Origin: Candidatus Thorarchaeota archaeon
GTDB taxonomy: Archaea; Asgardarchaeota; Thorarchaeia; Thorarchaeales; Thorarchaeaceae
Assembly (NCBI GenBank): GCA_048882385.1
Contig: JBHLRQ010000003.1
Coordinates: 14,504 to 78,503 of the forward strand
DNA length: 64,000 bases
Direction of reading: 5' to 3'
In this document: positions 28,569-38,843 of the stretch, in pieces
How positions within the stretch are numbered: the first letter of the stretch is position 1
Layout: each line of letters opens with the position of its first letter
Notes under the pieces: model-generated
The model's input: the letters and a program-made list of their open reading frames with translations, nothing else
The model's database searches: none
Told to the model about the DNA's origin: nothing
Position numbers and translations under genes: made by a program

Positions 28569-29369
28569 ATGACAGACAAATATGGTCGAATTCTTGACGA
28601 CTTCATGGATGAAGCATTAAGGATTGAGAAGGCTGCAGCTGAATTAGGAATACCACTTAGAGTGATTGGCTGCTTAGCTTTCAGATTGAAGAGCCCTGAG
28701 TTCACGGACTTGCATATCAAAATGGGCCGTGAAGTAACTGACATCGATTATGTATCCTATTACAAACATCGACAAAAGCTCATCAACCTCTTTCGAGATG
28801 ACCTTGGATATTACTGGGTGCCACCCAGCTTTGCGAGAGCATCTACATTGAGAGATCTTTTCATAGATAAAGAACGCGACAGAAAGATCGATGTATTCTA
28901 TGATCATTTGGAGTTCTGTCACAAGATTGATTTCAAGAAGAACAAACGTCTAGAAGTCGATTCGCCCACAATTCCTTTGGCTGAGTTGTTCTTGGAAAAG
29001 ACTCAGATTGTTGAGATAAACGCGAAGGACTTGAAAGATCTGGTAATCACATTTCTAGCACATGATGTCAGTAATCATCATAATGACGAGGATGTAAATG
29101 GTGAGTACATCGCAAAGACTCTTTCTGATGACTGGGGCTTTTATTACACAGTGACTGAGAATATCAAGAAATTCATTAATTTTGTACCCAGTATTACTGA
29201 GATTGACCAGAGTCAAAAAGACTTGGTGATTTCCAGAGCTAAGAAACTGCATCAGATGATAGAGCATGCTCCCAAGTCTCGAAGTTGGAAGCGTAGAGCT
29301 AAGGTCGGTACAAAGCAGCGCTGGTATAAGTTTGTCCATTCAATGGAAGGAACTCGCGAAGCTAGATAG
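28569..29369 (+). CDS. Putative nucleotidyltransferase (Pol-beta-like fold)
   Basis: LRVIGCLA...REVTDID...KIDVF...LEK..I...N.KD..D. Confidence 0.75.
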   Translation: MTDKYGRILDDFMDEALRIEKAAAELGIPLRVIGCLAFRLKSPEFTDLHIKMGREVTDIDYVSYYKHRQKLINLFRDDLGYYWVPPSFARASTLRDLFIDKERDRKIDVFYDHLEFCHKIDFKKNKRLEVDSPTIPLAELFLEKTQIVEINAKDLKDLVITFLAHDVSNHHNDEDVNGEYIAKTLSDDWGFYYTVTENIKKFINFVPSITEIDQSQKDLVISRAKKLHQMIEHAPKSRSWKRRAKVGTKQRWYKFVHSMEGTREAR

Positions 29370-29398
29370 ATGAGATACATATGTGAGGTCTTTGAGCA

Positions 29399-30517
29399 AT
29401 GAAGCTTTCAAAAGAAAACGCGTATGATATGCTTACTGGAGTCGGAATTCTCGGAACGGGTGGAGGCGGAGACCCTGTTTCTTTTGGCAAACCGTTGGTA
29501 GATTGGGACTATAATAAAGGAAGAGTCTATGAGATTACGCCGCCAGATGATATCAAAGATGATGCATTCATTGTTTGTGGTGGCTACATGGGCTCAGTCA
29601 AAGCATTCACATCAATTGGAGACATGCTTGAAGCTTGGGAAACTCGGTATGAGCTCCATGAAGCAATGAAGATTTCAGAACGAATAACTGGAAAGAAAGT
29701 AGATCATCTGGTCCCATTTGAACTGGGAGGTACCAACACTACCGTAATGCTGTCATTAGCTGCGAGAGCTGGAATCACAACTGTGGATGGAGATGGTCTT
29801 GGTAGGTCTGCTCCAGAAACTCAGATGATTACCTTTGTAGGATATGGAATAGAACTATGTCCGATGCCCGTTGTTTCTAAGAATGGAAGTATCATTATTG
29901 TTGACAAGACAACTTCTCCAGCTCTAGCTGATGAGATCGGACGATTTGCTGTTGTTCAAGATGGAGGTGCAGGTGCGAATAATCACTATTACCAGACTGG
30001 TTCACAACTAAAGAAAGCAGTCATTCCGGATAGTATCTCTATGTCAGTTGAATTAGGAGCCGCTATACGAGATGCCAATGAGAATAGCAATAACCCGATT
30101 GATGCATTTCTTGACAATATGGGTGGTCAATTTCTAGCTCGAGGAAAGATCGAAGAGGTTAGGGGAGAAGATCGTGCAGGACATTGGCATGTATTGGTTC
30201 GAATAAAGTCTGAAAATCTCAAAGGTCGTTTTGAAATTGTTGTGAAAAATGAATACATGATGGCAATGTCCGAAGGTCAGCCTGTTGTTATGTTTCCCGA
30301 CCTAATTTGCATGCATGATCCTGAAACAGGACATGGTATTATGAGCTCTGATCTCAAGAAAGGTTTGGAAGTGGTTGTCACAGCTGTTCCCGCGCATGAG
30401 CGACTGCGTTATGCTGGAAGTACAGAGATTGGTAAGAAAGCTTTCTCTCCTGAGAGATATGGTCATCCTGAGCTTGAGTACAAGCCAATGGAAGAGATAA
30501 TAGGGCATCTTCACTAA
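29399..30517 (+). CDS. DUF917 family protein, second copy
   Basis: GTGGGG, ELGGTN, VDGDGLGRSAPE, KNEY, PDLI. Confidence 0.88.
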   Translation: MKLSKENAYDMLTGVGILGTGGGGDPVSFGKPLVDWDYNKGRVYEITPPDDIKDDAFIVCGGYMGSVKAFTSIGDMLEAWETRYELHEAMKISERITGKKVDHLVPFELGGTNTTVMLSLAARAGITTVDGDGLGRSAPETQMITFVGYGIELCPMPVVSKNGSIIIVDKTTSPALADEIGRFAVVQDGGAGANNHYYQTGSQLKKAVIPDSISMSVELGAAIRDANENSNNPIDAFLDNMGGQFLARGKIEEVRGEDRAGHWHVLVRIKSENLKGRFEIVVKNEYMMAMSEGQPVVMFPDLICMHDPETGHGIMSSDLKKGLEVVVTAVPAHERLRYAGSTEIGKKAFSPERYGHPELEYKPMEEIIGHLH

Positions 30518-30564
30518 CTACCAGAGTCAGCTATACAAATCATCTGTAAAGGAGACTGATTCAT

Positions 30565-31329
30565 TTGACAAGATTAGCCCTTATTGGTGCAACAGGTATT
30601 GATTGGTGGACTGATCCCAAGAAGAAATCATTTGTTGAACAGCATACTCCGCCAGAATGTGAGATTGGTAACTTCACCCCAAGAAGTGGTACACACAGTG
30701 TCGAATCAATGGCTGATGAAGCATATAATGCTCCATTCATTTTAGAGCAGATAGTTCGGGCGAACAAAGAGGGCTATGATGCAATTGTAATTGATTGTGC
30801 TTGTGATCCGGTTCTTGAGGCTGGTAGAGAAGTATCTGATGTTCCAGTTATTGGTCCCCGGAACACTGCATTTCATTTGTCTCTTATGCTTGGAACACGT
30901 TTTGGTGTGGTGACAGTTCAAGGTGAATCATTAAAGAAGTGTATAGAACATGGCGTTCGAAAAGAGGGTTTAGACGCCTTCTGTGCTGGAGTTCGTTATC
31001 TGAAGATGCCTGTTCTAGAAATATCAAAGAATCCTGCTAATGCTCGGAAACAGATACTTCAGGAGGGTAGAGACCTCATTCAGAATCACGGTGCTGATGT
31101 CATTATCCTTGGTTGTACAGCACTATCCCATGAAGTAGATCTCAAACCAATTATGGAGGAGCTGAAAGTTCCCATCATTGATCCGTTGGTAGTGGCAATC
31201 AAGACTGCATTCATGCTCGTAGAGTCAGGTCTCTCCCATAGTAAGGTAGCATATCCACACCCTCCGAAGAAGAAAATCAACGAGGCTCCCTGTATAAAGG
31301 GTGCTTTTGATGATGTCTTAAAGGAATGA
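30565..31329 (+). CDS. Asp/Glu/hydantoin racemase family protein
   Basis: Two catalytic Cys: IDCACDP and ILGCT. Confidence 0.88.
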   Translation: MTRLALIGATGIDWWTDPKKKSFVEQHTPPECEIGNFTPRSGTHSVESMADEAYNAPFILEQIVRANKEGYDAIVIDCACDPVLEAGREVSDVPVIGPRNTAFHLSLMLGTRFGVVTVQGESLKKCIEHGVRKEGLDAFCAGVRYLKMPVLEISKNPANARKQILQEGRDLIQNHGADVIILGCTALSHEVDLKPIMEELKVPIIDPLVVAIKTAFMLVESGLSHSKVAYPHPPKKKINEAPCIKGAFDDVLKE

Positions 31330-31331
31330 AT

Positions 31332-32570
31332 TCATACTCTATTGTTTCTCTTTTCTTTCAATAGAAGTGGAATAATGCCCGCTAAGACTATGATTGATAG
31401 CGCAAGGCACATGAGATAGGGAAGTGCTCCACCAAAATCATCAAGCCATCCTCCAACTATCGGTCCGAGGAATAGCCCAACACCGCCCATACTCTCAACC
31501 AACCCTGCATATGCACCTTTCTCAATCTTGGTTGCTGAAACAATCAGATACAGGGCACCCAAATAACTGAATCCAACTGCGATGCCCGAAATCATCATTG
31601 CTATTGTCAACATCCAGAAATCAATGAAAAAGAAGAGTACACCAGATGAAATGGCAGATAGAACAGCTCCCAGGAGAATGACGGAGCTCATTGATTGTTC
31701 AGGAATTCTTGCTGTGATGATAAAAGCCACCGTTCTAATCCCATTCCAGACAAGAAGCATGTTACCCCAATCTGGTGTAGACAGACCTGGTAATGTTTCT
31801 ACATATGCTGGGAAGAGAGCAAGGATGACCGTGGAAATCACACCCCATAGCATAATTGAAAGATATGATGCTATGAATCTTGGACTAGTTTTAGATGGAG
31901 TTCCATCACTGATTGAGACCTGAGATTCAGGAGTATCTTCTATTACTGTTCTTCTTCTTCGATATCCTTGCAGAAATCCACCAATGATTCCGAGCATTAT
32001 GAATTCTATTGCAATGACAACATAGATGCTTGATATAGGACCATAATTACTGTCCATGAATGCAATAACAAATGGACTTAGAATCATTCCAGCACTCCAT
32101 GCAGTCGAAAAATTCCCTAGGACCTCACATTCAGCTTCAGGAGTCAATTCTGCAAGCATCGCCTGGTTTGATGGTGCTATGAAACCATAGACAAATCCTT
32201 CGAGTGCCCGAATTGTGATGAGATACACTGGAGAGGAGAATGGATTTAGAAAAAGAACTAACACCACGATATACGCGGCGGTGGCAATCATTAGGGCTTT
32301 TCGTCGACCAATTCTGTCAGAGAATCTCCCTCCAAGTGCAGGTGAAATCATATAGACAATCCCAAATGAACCCATTGCCCACCCCATCTCAAAACCGGAT
32401 CCTCCAAGTTCTCCCACATACCAGGGAGCAAAGATTTCAGTGGTTCCAAGTGTGAATGTGACGAGGAATGTAGCAATATAAGCAACAAAACGATTCTGTC
32501 TTTTCACAGACTCTGGCATATCTGGTTTCTCATCATCATCTAGGCAGAATGGTTCTGGTGGCTCGAACAT
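31332..32570 (-). CDS. MFS transporter
   Basis: Motif A GRFSDRIGRRK; 12 TM. Confidence 0.9.
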   Translation of the reverse strand: MFEPPEPFCLDDDEKPDMPESVKRQNRFVAYIATFLVTFTLGTTEIFAPWYVGELGGSGFEMGWAMGSFGIVYMISPALGGRFSDRIGRRKALMIATAAYIVVLVLFLNPFSSPVYLITIRALEGFVYGFIAPSNQAMLAELTPEAECEVLGNFSTAWSAGMILSPFVIAFMDSNYGPISSIYVVIAIEFIMLGIIGGFLQGYRRRRTVIEDTPESQVSISDGTPSKTSPRFIASYLSIMLWGVISTVILALFPAYVETLPGLSTPDWGNMLLVWNGIRTVAFIITARIPEQSMSSVILLGAVLSAISSGVLFFFIDFWMLTIAMMISGIAVGFSYLGALYLIVSATKIEKGAYAGLVESMGGVGLFLGPIVGGWLDDFGGALPYLMCLALSIIVLAGIIPLLLKEKRNNRV

Positions 32571-32583
32571 CTTCTCAATCCTA

Positions 32584-33597
32584 CTATTTCAGCTGATGTG
32601 TAAACTCTTCTCCTAGAATCTTAGCATTATCCACAGGTTCTGTTCCCGGGACGGGGAATGCAACTATTGTGTTTGCGCCTGCATCGATCATTTGTTGAAG
32701 CCTTTTAAGACAGGCTTCCTTGTCGCCAACCAGACAGAGTTCTTTAACGAACTCATCAGTGATGAGCTCTGATAGAAGAGCATTGTCACCCTTCTCTGCT
32801 GCCTCGAACATTGCTCTGGTATCCTCAGGTTTGACGCCTGCATGTGACATAAGTGGTCCACCTGCTTGAGAATGCGGGAGATATAGCTTGGAGAAATTAC
32901 GAGCGATATCGATTGCCTTGTCAAGATCATCATTAATGACCATGGGCATGTATGCTACCATCTCGTAGTCATCTAGGGATTTTCCAACCTTCTTTGCCCC
33001 CTTTGCAACTTGGTCCCATGCAAACTTGACATAGGACGGCGTGCAAAAGATGGATAGAATAACTCCATCGCCAATTTCGCCTGATAGTGCGAGACCTTTG
33101 GGACCTTCAAATGCTAAGTAGATTGGAACAGTCTTACGAACAGGTTCGAAGACTAGTTTGATGTCTTTCGCAGTGAAGAACTTGTCATCGTGGTTGATGT
33201 TCTCTCCTGTCATTATCTTCCGGACAAGATCAACACATGCACGAGTTCTGGAAAGTGGTTTCTTGTCATAGATACCCATCTGCTCCATCCAGAAAGGCAC
33301 TCCAGAACCTAGTCCGAAGACAGTTCTCTTGTTAGACATCTCGTCAATGGTTGCAAACTCCATAGCGATTAATGCTGGATGCCGAGAGTATGGATTCACA
33401 ACTCCTAATCCAATTCTAATCTTATTAGTAACCATGGATACTGCTGCCAAATATGGAATGCCACCCCTGAAGAAATAATCCTCAGCAAACCAAGCTGAAC
33501 CTAGACCTGATTTCTCTGCTACCTTTGCTAGCTCAACAGCCTTGCTGACGGGGAAAACACCTGTCATTGCAACACCCAGTTCTTTGAATCCTTTCAT
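32584..33597 (-). CDS. LLM-class (Mer-like, probably F420-dependent) oxidoreductase
   Basis: AWFAED, GLGVVNPYSRHP...A...AT.DE.S, GPK.L.L.GEIGDG. Confidence 0.85.
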   Translation of the reverse strand: MKGFKELGVAMTGVFPVSKAVELAKVAEKSGLGSAWFAEDYFFRGGIPYLAAVSMVTNKIRIGLGVVNPYSRHPALIAMEFATIDEMSNKRTVFGLGSGVPFWMEQMGIYDKKPLSRTRACVDLVRKIMTGENINHDDKFFTAKDIKLVFEPVRKTVPIYLAFEGPKGLALSGEIGDGVILSIFCTPSYVKFAWDQVAKGAKKVGKSLDDYEMVAYMPMVINDDLDKAIDIARNFSKLYLPHSQAGGPLMSHAGVKPEDTRAMFEAAEKGDNALLSELITDEFVKELCLVGDKEACLKRLQQMIDAGANTIVAFPVPGTEPVDNAKILGEEFTHQLK

Positions 33598-33617
33598 TTT
33601 TTATCACACTCGTCAAT

Positions 33618-33647
33618 AAGAAAAGAAGAGGGGACGGACTCCCCTAC
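33618..33647 (-). terminator. Hairpin plus T-tract after aor
   Basis: Minus strand AGGGGAGTCCGTCCCCT followed by CTTCTTTTCTT. Confidence 0.5.
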
Positions 33648-35569
33648 TCCTTTGGCAACAGACCATGCTTTTCCAGATGGTCTGCAACATCCTTGAGACC
33701 GAGCTTTTCCAGAGTCTTCCTATATGGCCAACTAGTCTTAGGATCCCATTCATGCAAAGCATAGTATTGGTCTAGTGCATTATCTAGTTCCTGTTTGGAA
33801 TTGGTTTCTCCTTTCAGTGGACCACTTGCGGCTCCTTCATTCATGAGTCGCCATGGAAGATTGTCGTGTTCTCGAGTTGCGCCTCTTGTTACATTGAACG
33901 CTTTCTCAAGAGTACAGACACGACGCCCTGTGAGCATCATCTCTTCTTCTGTCATCTCTATCCCTGTGGCTGCTCCATAGAGTCGAGCCATGTTGTCTGG
34001 ATTAACTCCGAAAGCCGCAGTTGATGTGAACACGCAGAATCCGAGTGCCTCAGTAATTTCATAGCAGTCTTCATGCCAACGGACAATTTCCGCTCTAAAC
34101 TCTGTGAAGTGTGAGGATGCCCATTTCTTATCGCCTGTCAGTTTCTCGATTAATTCAACTGCTTCTGGGCTAGAGCCAAACTCAGCAAATGTTTCTGTCA
34201 TGAGGTGGTCATTTCCTCTCGGATTGACAGCAAAGGCTAATGCATATGCTTTGGCAGATCTGGTTTCAACGTTTGACTGTTCAAGCCCTTTCTTATTCAT
34301 TATTGCCCATTTGTAAGAATCCTGACCAATTTTCTGGGTGGCAATCTTTAATCCATCTGCAAGAAGATTACCAAGGTTCCCATCACGGAATGCCATTTTC
34401 TCAACGGTCTTCTTGACCTCCTCTAGTTTGCCCCAATCGAGCTCAAGTCCATCAGTATCTTCCAAACTAAGTGCGCCTCTCAGATAACTCTCTATAGCCC
34501 ATTGTGACACTGTACCTGCTGTGATTGTATCTAGTCCCAGTCGATTACAGATTTCGTTTAGAATTAGAACCCCTTCTGTGTTAATGATTCCTGGACCATT
34601 TCCTAGTGCTCCGAAAGTTTCGTATTCTGGTCCTCCGCTTGCTAATCCCTCGTTTGGTCCTTTTGGAATCACAGAGTATCGGTGGCACCCAATAGTGCAC
34701 CCAAAACACGCTACACGTCGCTTTAGATATCCCAGCTCATTCAACGCCTGTCCAGTTATTGGATACACATTCTCAGTGTATCCTGTCTGCCAGTTTTTGC
34801 CTGGAAATGCATGCATCTCGTTCACAGCACTGATTGAACCCGATGTTCCAAATTCATGTAATCCTTGGGCACCACTGTCAGCTCGAAGATTCTCACGCAT
34901 CTCCTCTGCAATCTCTGCAAACTTCTTGGGGTCTTTTACCCGAACTGGTTTCGTGCCTTTCACACTAATAGCCTTCAGATTTTTCTTCCCCATTACTGCT
35001 GCGCCTCCACCACGCCCAGCGGCATGATAGAGTGAACAATGGATTGAAGCTGCCCTAACAAGATTCTCTCCTGCTGGACCAATGTATAGCCCTCGGGTAT
35101 CTTCTCCATGCCATTTTTTCAGGAGAGCATCAGTTTCGATAATATCCTTGCCCCACAGGTCTTTCGCGCTAAGAATCTCAACCTTGTCATCTTCAATATT
35201 AATGTAAGATGGTTCTTTAGCTACTCCATGTACAACAAGATGGTCATAGCCAGCATACTTGAGTTCTGCACCCCAATGACCTCCAGTGTTACTCTTCAAA
35301 TAAAGCCCAGTTGTACAACCCACTGTGGTAACTGAAGTACGACCCGAAGCGGGTGCGGTGGTTCCAGTAACAGCTCCCGGTGCAAAGACGATAATGTTTC
35401 TTGGATCATCCCACGTTATGTCTGGATTCTTACAATAGTCCCATAGGAGTTTAGCGTTGATCCCCCTTGAGCCAACATACAACCTTCTCCATTCCTCTGG
35501 AATGTCCTCAGTCCAAATCTTTCCGTTGCTCAAGTCAACATGCAGTATCTTCCCTTGATGTCCGTACAT
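33644..35569 (-). CDS. aor: Aldehyde:ferredoxin oxidoreductase family (W/Mo-pterin)
   Basis: GKILHVDLS, IGPAGEN, GRGG.AAVMG.KNLKAI, CFGCTIGC, GPEYET, GLDTI. Confidence 0.92.
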   Translation of the reverse strand: MYGHQGKILHVDLSNGKIWTEDIPEEWRRLYVGSRGINAKLLWDYCKNPDITWDDPRNIIVFAPGAVTGTTAPASGRTSVTTVGCTTGLYLKSNTGGHWGAELKYAGYDHLVVHGVAKEPSYINIEDDKVEILSAKDLWGKDIIETDALLKKWHGEDTRGLYIGPAGENLVRAASIHCSLYHAAGRGGGAAVMGKKNLKAISVKGTKPVRVKDPKKFAEIAEEMRENLRADSGAQGLHEFGTSGSISAVNEMHAFPGKNWQTGYTENVYPITGQALNELGYLKRRVACFGCTIGCHRYSVIPKGPNEGLASGGPEYETFGALGNGPGIINTEGVLILNEICNRLGLDTITAGTVSQWAIESYLRGALSLEDTDGLELDWGKLEEVKKTVEKMAFRDGNLGNLLADGLKIATQKIGQDSYKWAIMNKKGLEQSNVETRSAKAYALAFAVNPRGNDHLMTETFAEFGSSPEAVELIEKLTGDKKWASSHFTEFRAEIVRWHEDCYEITEALGFCVFTSTAAFGVNPDNMARLYGAATGIEMTEEEMMLTGRRVCTLEKAFNVTRGATREHDNLPWRLMNEGAASGPLKGETNSKQELDNALDQYYALHEWDPKTSWPYRKTLEKLGLKDVADHLEKHGLLPKE

Positions 35570-35572
35570 TTT

Positions 35573-36067
35573 TCACACCGCCTCCTTCTTCAAATCACGA
35601 TATGCTGCCATTCTCACAGAACGAAGTTTCTTCTTTGCCTTGAGTGCATCCTCTGTATCTTTCACCCAAGTAAGTGCCTCTGGTACACAATGCTTAGCAC
35701 AATAAGGATCGCCTCCACATAAATCACAAAACATTGGCTGTTTTGATTCAGGATGCAATCTTATTGCGTGATAGATACAGGCTTCAACACATGCACCTTG
35801 AGAAGTACAGAGTTTGTCATCTAATGTGATTATCCCTGTTTTTTCATCTCTTGATAGCGCACCATTTGGACAAGATGCAACACAAGGGTGAGACTCACAT
35901 TGTTCACACACAAGCTGCACTCCAAGTGCAATGTCCTCCTTCTTCAGAATCTTTATTCTTCCTCTTGCAGGGTCGAATAGAGCATCCTTTGTAAGAGAAC
36001 AAGCAAGAGAGCACTGCTTACATCCTGTGCACTTGTCCATGTCTATAAGTAGCAGTTTCTCCATTTT
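35573..36067 (-). CDS. 4Fe-4S dicluster subunit associated with AOR
   Basis: CTGCKQCSLAC, CEQC..HPCVASCP, CDLCGGDPYCAKHC. Confidence 0.9.
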   Translation of the reverse strand, partial: KMEKLLLIDMDKCTGCKQCSLACSLTKDALFDPARGRIKILKKEDIALGVQLVCEQCESHPCVASCPNGALSRDEKTGIITLDDKLCTSQGACVEACIYHAIRLHPESKQPMFCDLCGGDPYCAKHCVPEALTWVKDTEDALKAKKKLRSVRMAAYRDLKKEAV

Positions 36068-36349
36068 CATTCCATCCAAACGTGAGATTGTTAAAGTAAA
36101 ATCACCATGATTTAACTCACATTAAAATCCTCCCGTTCTCGTTATGTTCCTCTATACACTTCGTTTGATGTTTCAAATGCCCTTAGATGCCTGTAAAATG
36201 TTATTTCCACTTCTAGATGGATTGCACATCGGATACCTCACTCGATATTGCTTTAATACGATTTAACTTGATTTCTGAAAATAGTTTAACAAAGTAGTTT
36301 CTTTACCAGATACGATAGGTTTTAAGACACCCACAAGAGAGAGCCTATT

Positions 36350-36907
36350 GTGTTCAAAGTGAATGGAGACGAAGGACGACCAAAGTACTATGACGAACTT
36401 TCTGTTGAAGAAATGGCAAGTTCAAGTGATATCCGTGAAGGGGTATCCATGCTCCTCTCTCATCACCCCCCCTCAATGTATGGACATTGTCTTCGTCTTA
36501 CAATACTGGGAAGATCCATCTATTTCTGTGGACGTTGTACTGGAATTTATAGCGGTCTAGGTCTAGGTCTCTTGACTCTCTTCATTTTCCGAATTCAACT
36601 AGAACCTGATTACCTTTGGTTCTTCATCTCAGTCGTTCTGGGATATACAACAATAGTTGACTGGATGAGTCAAAGGTTGACTCCTCGCAAGACAACGAAT
36701 TTTGTTAGGGCTTCAACAGGTTTTATGAGTGGACTAGCCCTTGCGATCATTTTCTATCTGGCAAACCTGTTCTTTATGCTTGTAGCTCTCGCTTCGATGA
36801 GTGCATCGGTTGGAATTGTAGGTATTATCGAGAATCGACGACGATCTTCCTATTACAAGGAGATTCAAGAAGAACTGGATGCATCTTCTGAAGATACTGA
36901 TTCCTAA
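36350..36907 (+). CDS. DUF2085-like membrane protein
   Basis: CGRCTGIY, DW..Q, N..R..TG motifs. Confidence 0.75.
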   Translation: MFKVNGDEGRPKYYDELSVEEMASSSDIREGVSMLLSHHPPSMYGHCLRLTILGRSIYFCGRCTGIYSGLGLGLLTLFIFRIQLEPDYLWFFISVVLGYTTIVDWMSQRLTPRKTTNFVRASTGFMSGLALAIIFYLANLFFMLVALASMSASVGIVGIIENRRRSSYYKEIQEELDASSEDTDS

Positions 36908-36976
36908 TGCGTACAAATCTTCACCATGCCAAAGCGTTTTATCTTGGATTTTTTTCTCTCAGTCTTGTGACTTGGA

Positions 36977-38113
36977 ATGATTCCATTTACAAAACCTATC
37001 ATTGGCGATGAAGAAAAAGAAGCTGTTTCTCGAGTCTTAGAATCTGGAATGCTGGCAGAAGGAAAGGTTTCTAGGAATTTTGAAAAACTGTTCTCAGATT
37101 ACATAGGAACTAAGTTTGCTACTGTCACCTCTAATGGTACTACAGCTCTAAGTACGGCTTTGGAAGCGATGGATATTCAGCCGGGTAATGAAGTGATAAC
37201 CTCACCATTCACATTTATTGCTTCAGCTAATTCAATCGCCATGTTGGGGGCGATCCCTGTCTTTGTGGACATAAATCCTGATACATACAATATTGATCCC
37301 GAGTTGATTGAAGAAGCAATAACCGAGAAAACTCGAGCAATAATGCCTGTCCATATCTTTGGTCTTCCTGCAGACATGAAACACATTCTTGAGATTGCAG
37401 AGGCACACGACCTCCTTGTGCTAGAAGATGCATGCCAAGCTCACGGAGGTGAGATAGAGGGTCAGAAAGCTGGTTCTTTTGGAGATGCTGCAACCTTCTC
37501 GTTCTATGCGACGAAGAATCTCATGACAGGTGAGGGTGGTATGGTCACCACAAACAATGAAGAACTCTATGACAAAATGCTAATGATCAAAAATCATGGA
37601 CGTGGTAAAAAGGGCGGTTATAGCCATTATAGGATTGGATATAACAATCGAATGATGGACATTGTATCTGCCATCGGTGTGGTTCAATTAAAGCGACTAC
37701 CTGATCTAGTAATACAGAGACAGAAGAACGGTCAAGAGTTCAATGACTTCTTTGCTGAATTTGATTCAATCAAACCTCAGGTCGAAGAACCTGGCTTCAA
37801 GTCTGGTTACCATCTTTATGCTCCTCGTTTGTTCTCAGAGAAAATAGATAGAGATGGACTTGTCAATGCACTGCGAGATGAGGGAGTTGGATCTCGAGCA
37901 GTCTATGCACTTCCCTGTCATAAACAAGACACGTACTTAAATATCAATGACTGGCGCTGGGCAAAATTTGTTGACTATCCTGACTATTCTGCAATGACTC
38001 TACCAGTTTCAGAGGACATTGGACTCAGGCACTTCGATATACCTGTTCATCCTAGTTTGACTGCAGAGGAAAAAGAACACATCAAGACTGCGTTCCGCAA
38101 AATCCTAGGCTAA
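36977..38113 (+). CDS. DegT/DnrJ/EryC1/StrS sugar aminotransferase
   Basis: NGTTAL, FTFIASAN, EDACQAHG, SFYATKNLMTGEGG. Confidence 0.92.
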   Translation: MIPFTKPIIGDEEKEAVSRVLESGMLAEGKVSRNFEKLFSDYIGTKFATVTSNGTTALSTALEAMDIQPGNEVITSPFTFIASANSIAMLGAIPVFVDINPDTYNIDPELIEEAITEKTRAIMPVHIFGLPADMKHILEIAEAHDLLVLEDACQAHGGEIEGQKAGSFGDAATFSFYATKNLMTGEGGMVTTNNEELYDKMLMIKNHGRGKKGGYSHYRIGYNNRMMDIVSAIGVVQLKRLPDLVIQRQKNGQEFNDFFAEFDSIKPQVEEPGFKSGYHLYAPRLFSEKIDRDGLVNALRDEGVGSRAVYALPCHKQDTYLNINDWRWAKFVDYPDYSAMTLPVSEDIGLRHFDIPVHPSLTAEEKEHIKTAFRKILG

Positions 38114-38760
38114 TTATTTTCAAAATAAGAGAGAATTGAACGCAGGTCATTCGATTCTATAGTGATTGATGCTGCATCACTCACAATCTGGTCTACTGGA
38201 TTAAAAGCTATACTGAATGCTGATACTTTAAAAAGTTCGATGTCATTCAAACCATTTCCAACGCTCGCGACACTTTGCTTTGAATAACCCTTATCCTCAA
38301 TATGCCGCAAAATCGTTTCAGCCTTCTGAGGACCATCCATGAAGTACTCCACAGAACTATCATGGACACCATCCCTGGAACCAAGTATGTTCGAATATGC
38401 AAAATCAAGATTCAATCTCTTCATCAACGGTGTCATAAAGAATTGACTGACCCCGCTTGATATGCTTCCAACTTCGTATCCCCTTTTCCTTAGTGTGGAA
38501 ACAGTATCCTCCGCTCCAGTCATCAGTGGAAGTGTTTCAACTAGATAATCATAACTTCCATCCACTGCAACACCCTTCCAAATCTTTGCTCCTTCGATAA
38601 CCAACTCTTCGAATGTCATCCTTTCTTTTTCCATTCTCTGAAATAATGACAGATATTTCTCAGCAAGACCCAATTGCTGACCAATTAAAAAGGATGCATT
38701 TTCTCCGTCAAATAACACACCATCTAAATCAAGCGTAATGATTCTGATTTCTGAGGTCAT
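38110..38760 (-). CDS. HAD-IB phosphatase (phosphoserine phosphatase-like)
   Basis: DLDGVL, ISSG, K, GNGLND, IAFNP. Confidence 0.8.
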   Translation of the reverse strand: MTSEIRIITLDLDGVLFDGENASFLIGQQLGLAEKYLSLFQRMEKERMTFEELVIEGAKIWKGVAVDGSYDYLVETLPLMTGAEDTVSTLRKRGYEVGSISSGVSQFFMTPLMKRLNLDFAYSNILGSRDGVHDSSVEYFMDGPQKAETILRHIEDKGYSKQSVASVGNGLNDIELFKVSAFSIAFNPVDQIVSDAASITIESNDLRSILSYFENN

Positions 38761-38843
38761 GTTGATACTAAATCCTTCATTGTTAACTGATGGCGGCTAC
38801 ACTAGTAACAGTAATTATCACTTTTGATTCACTTCAGCATGCG

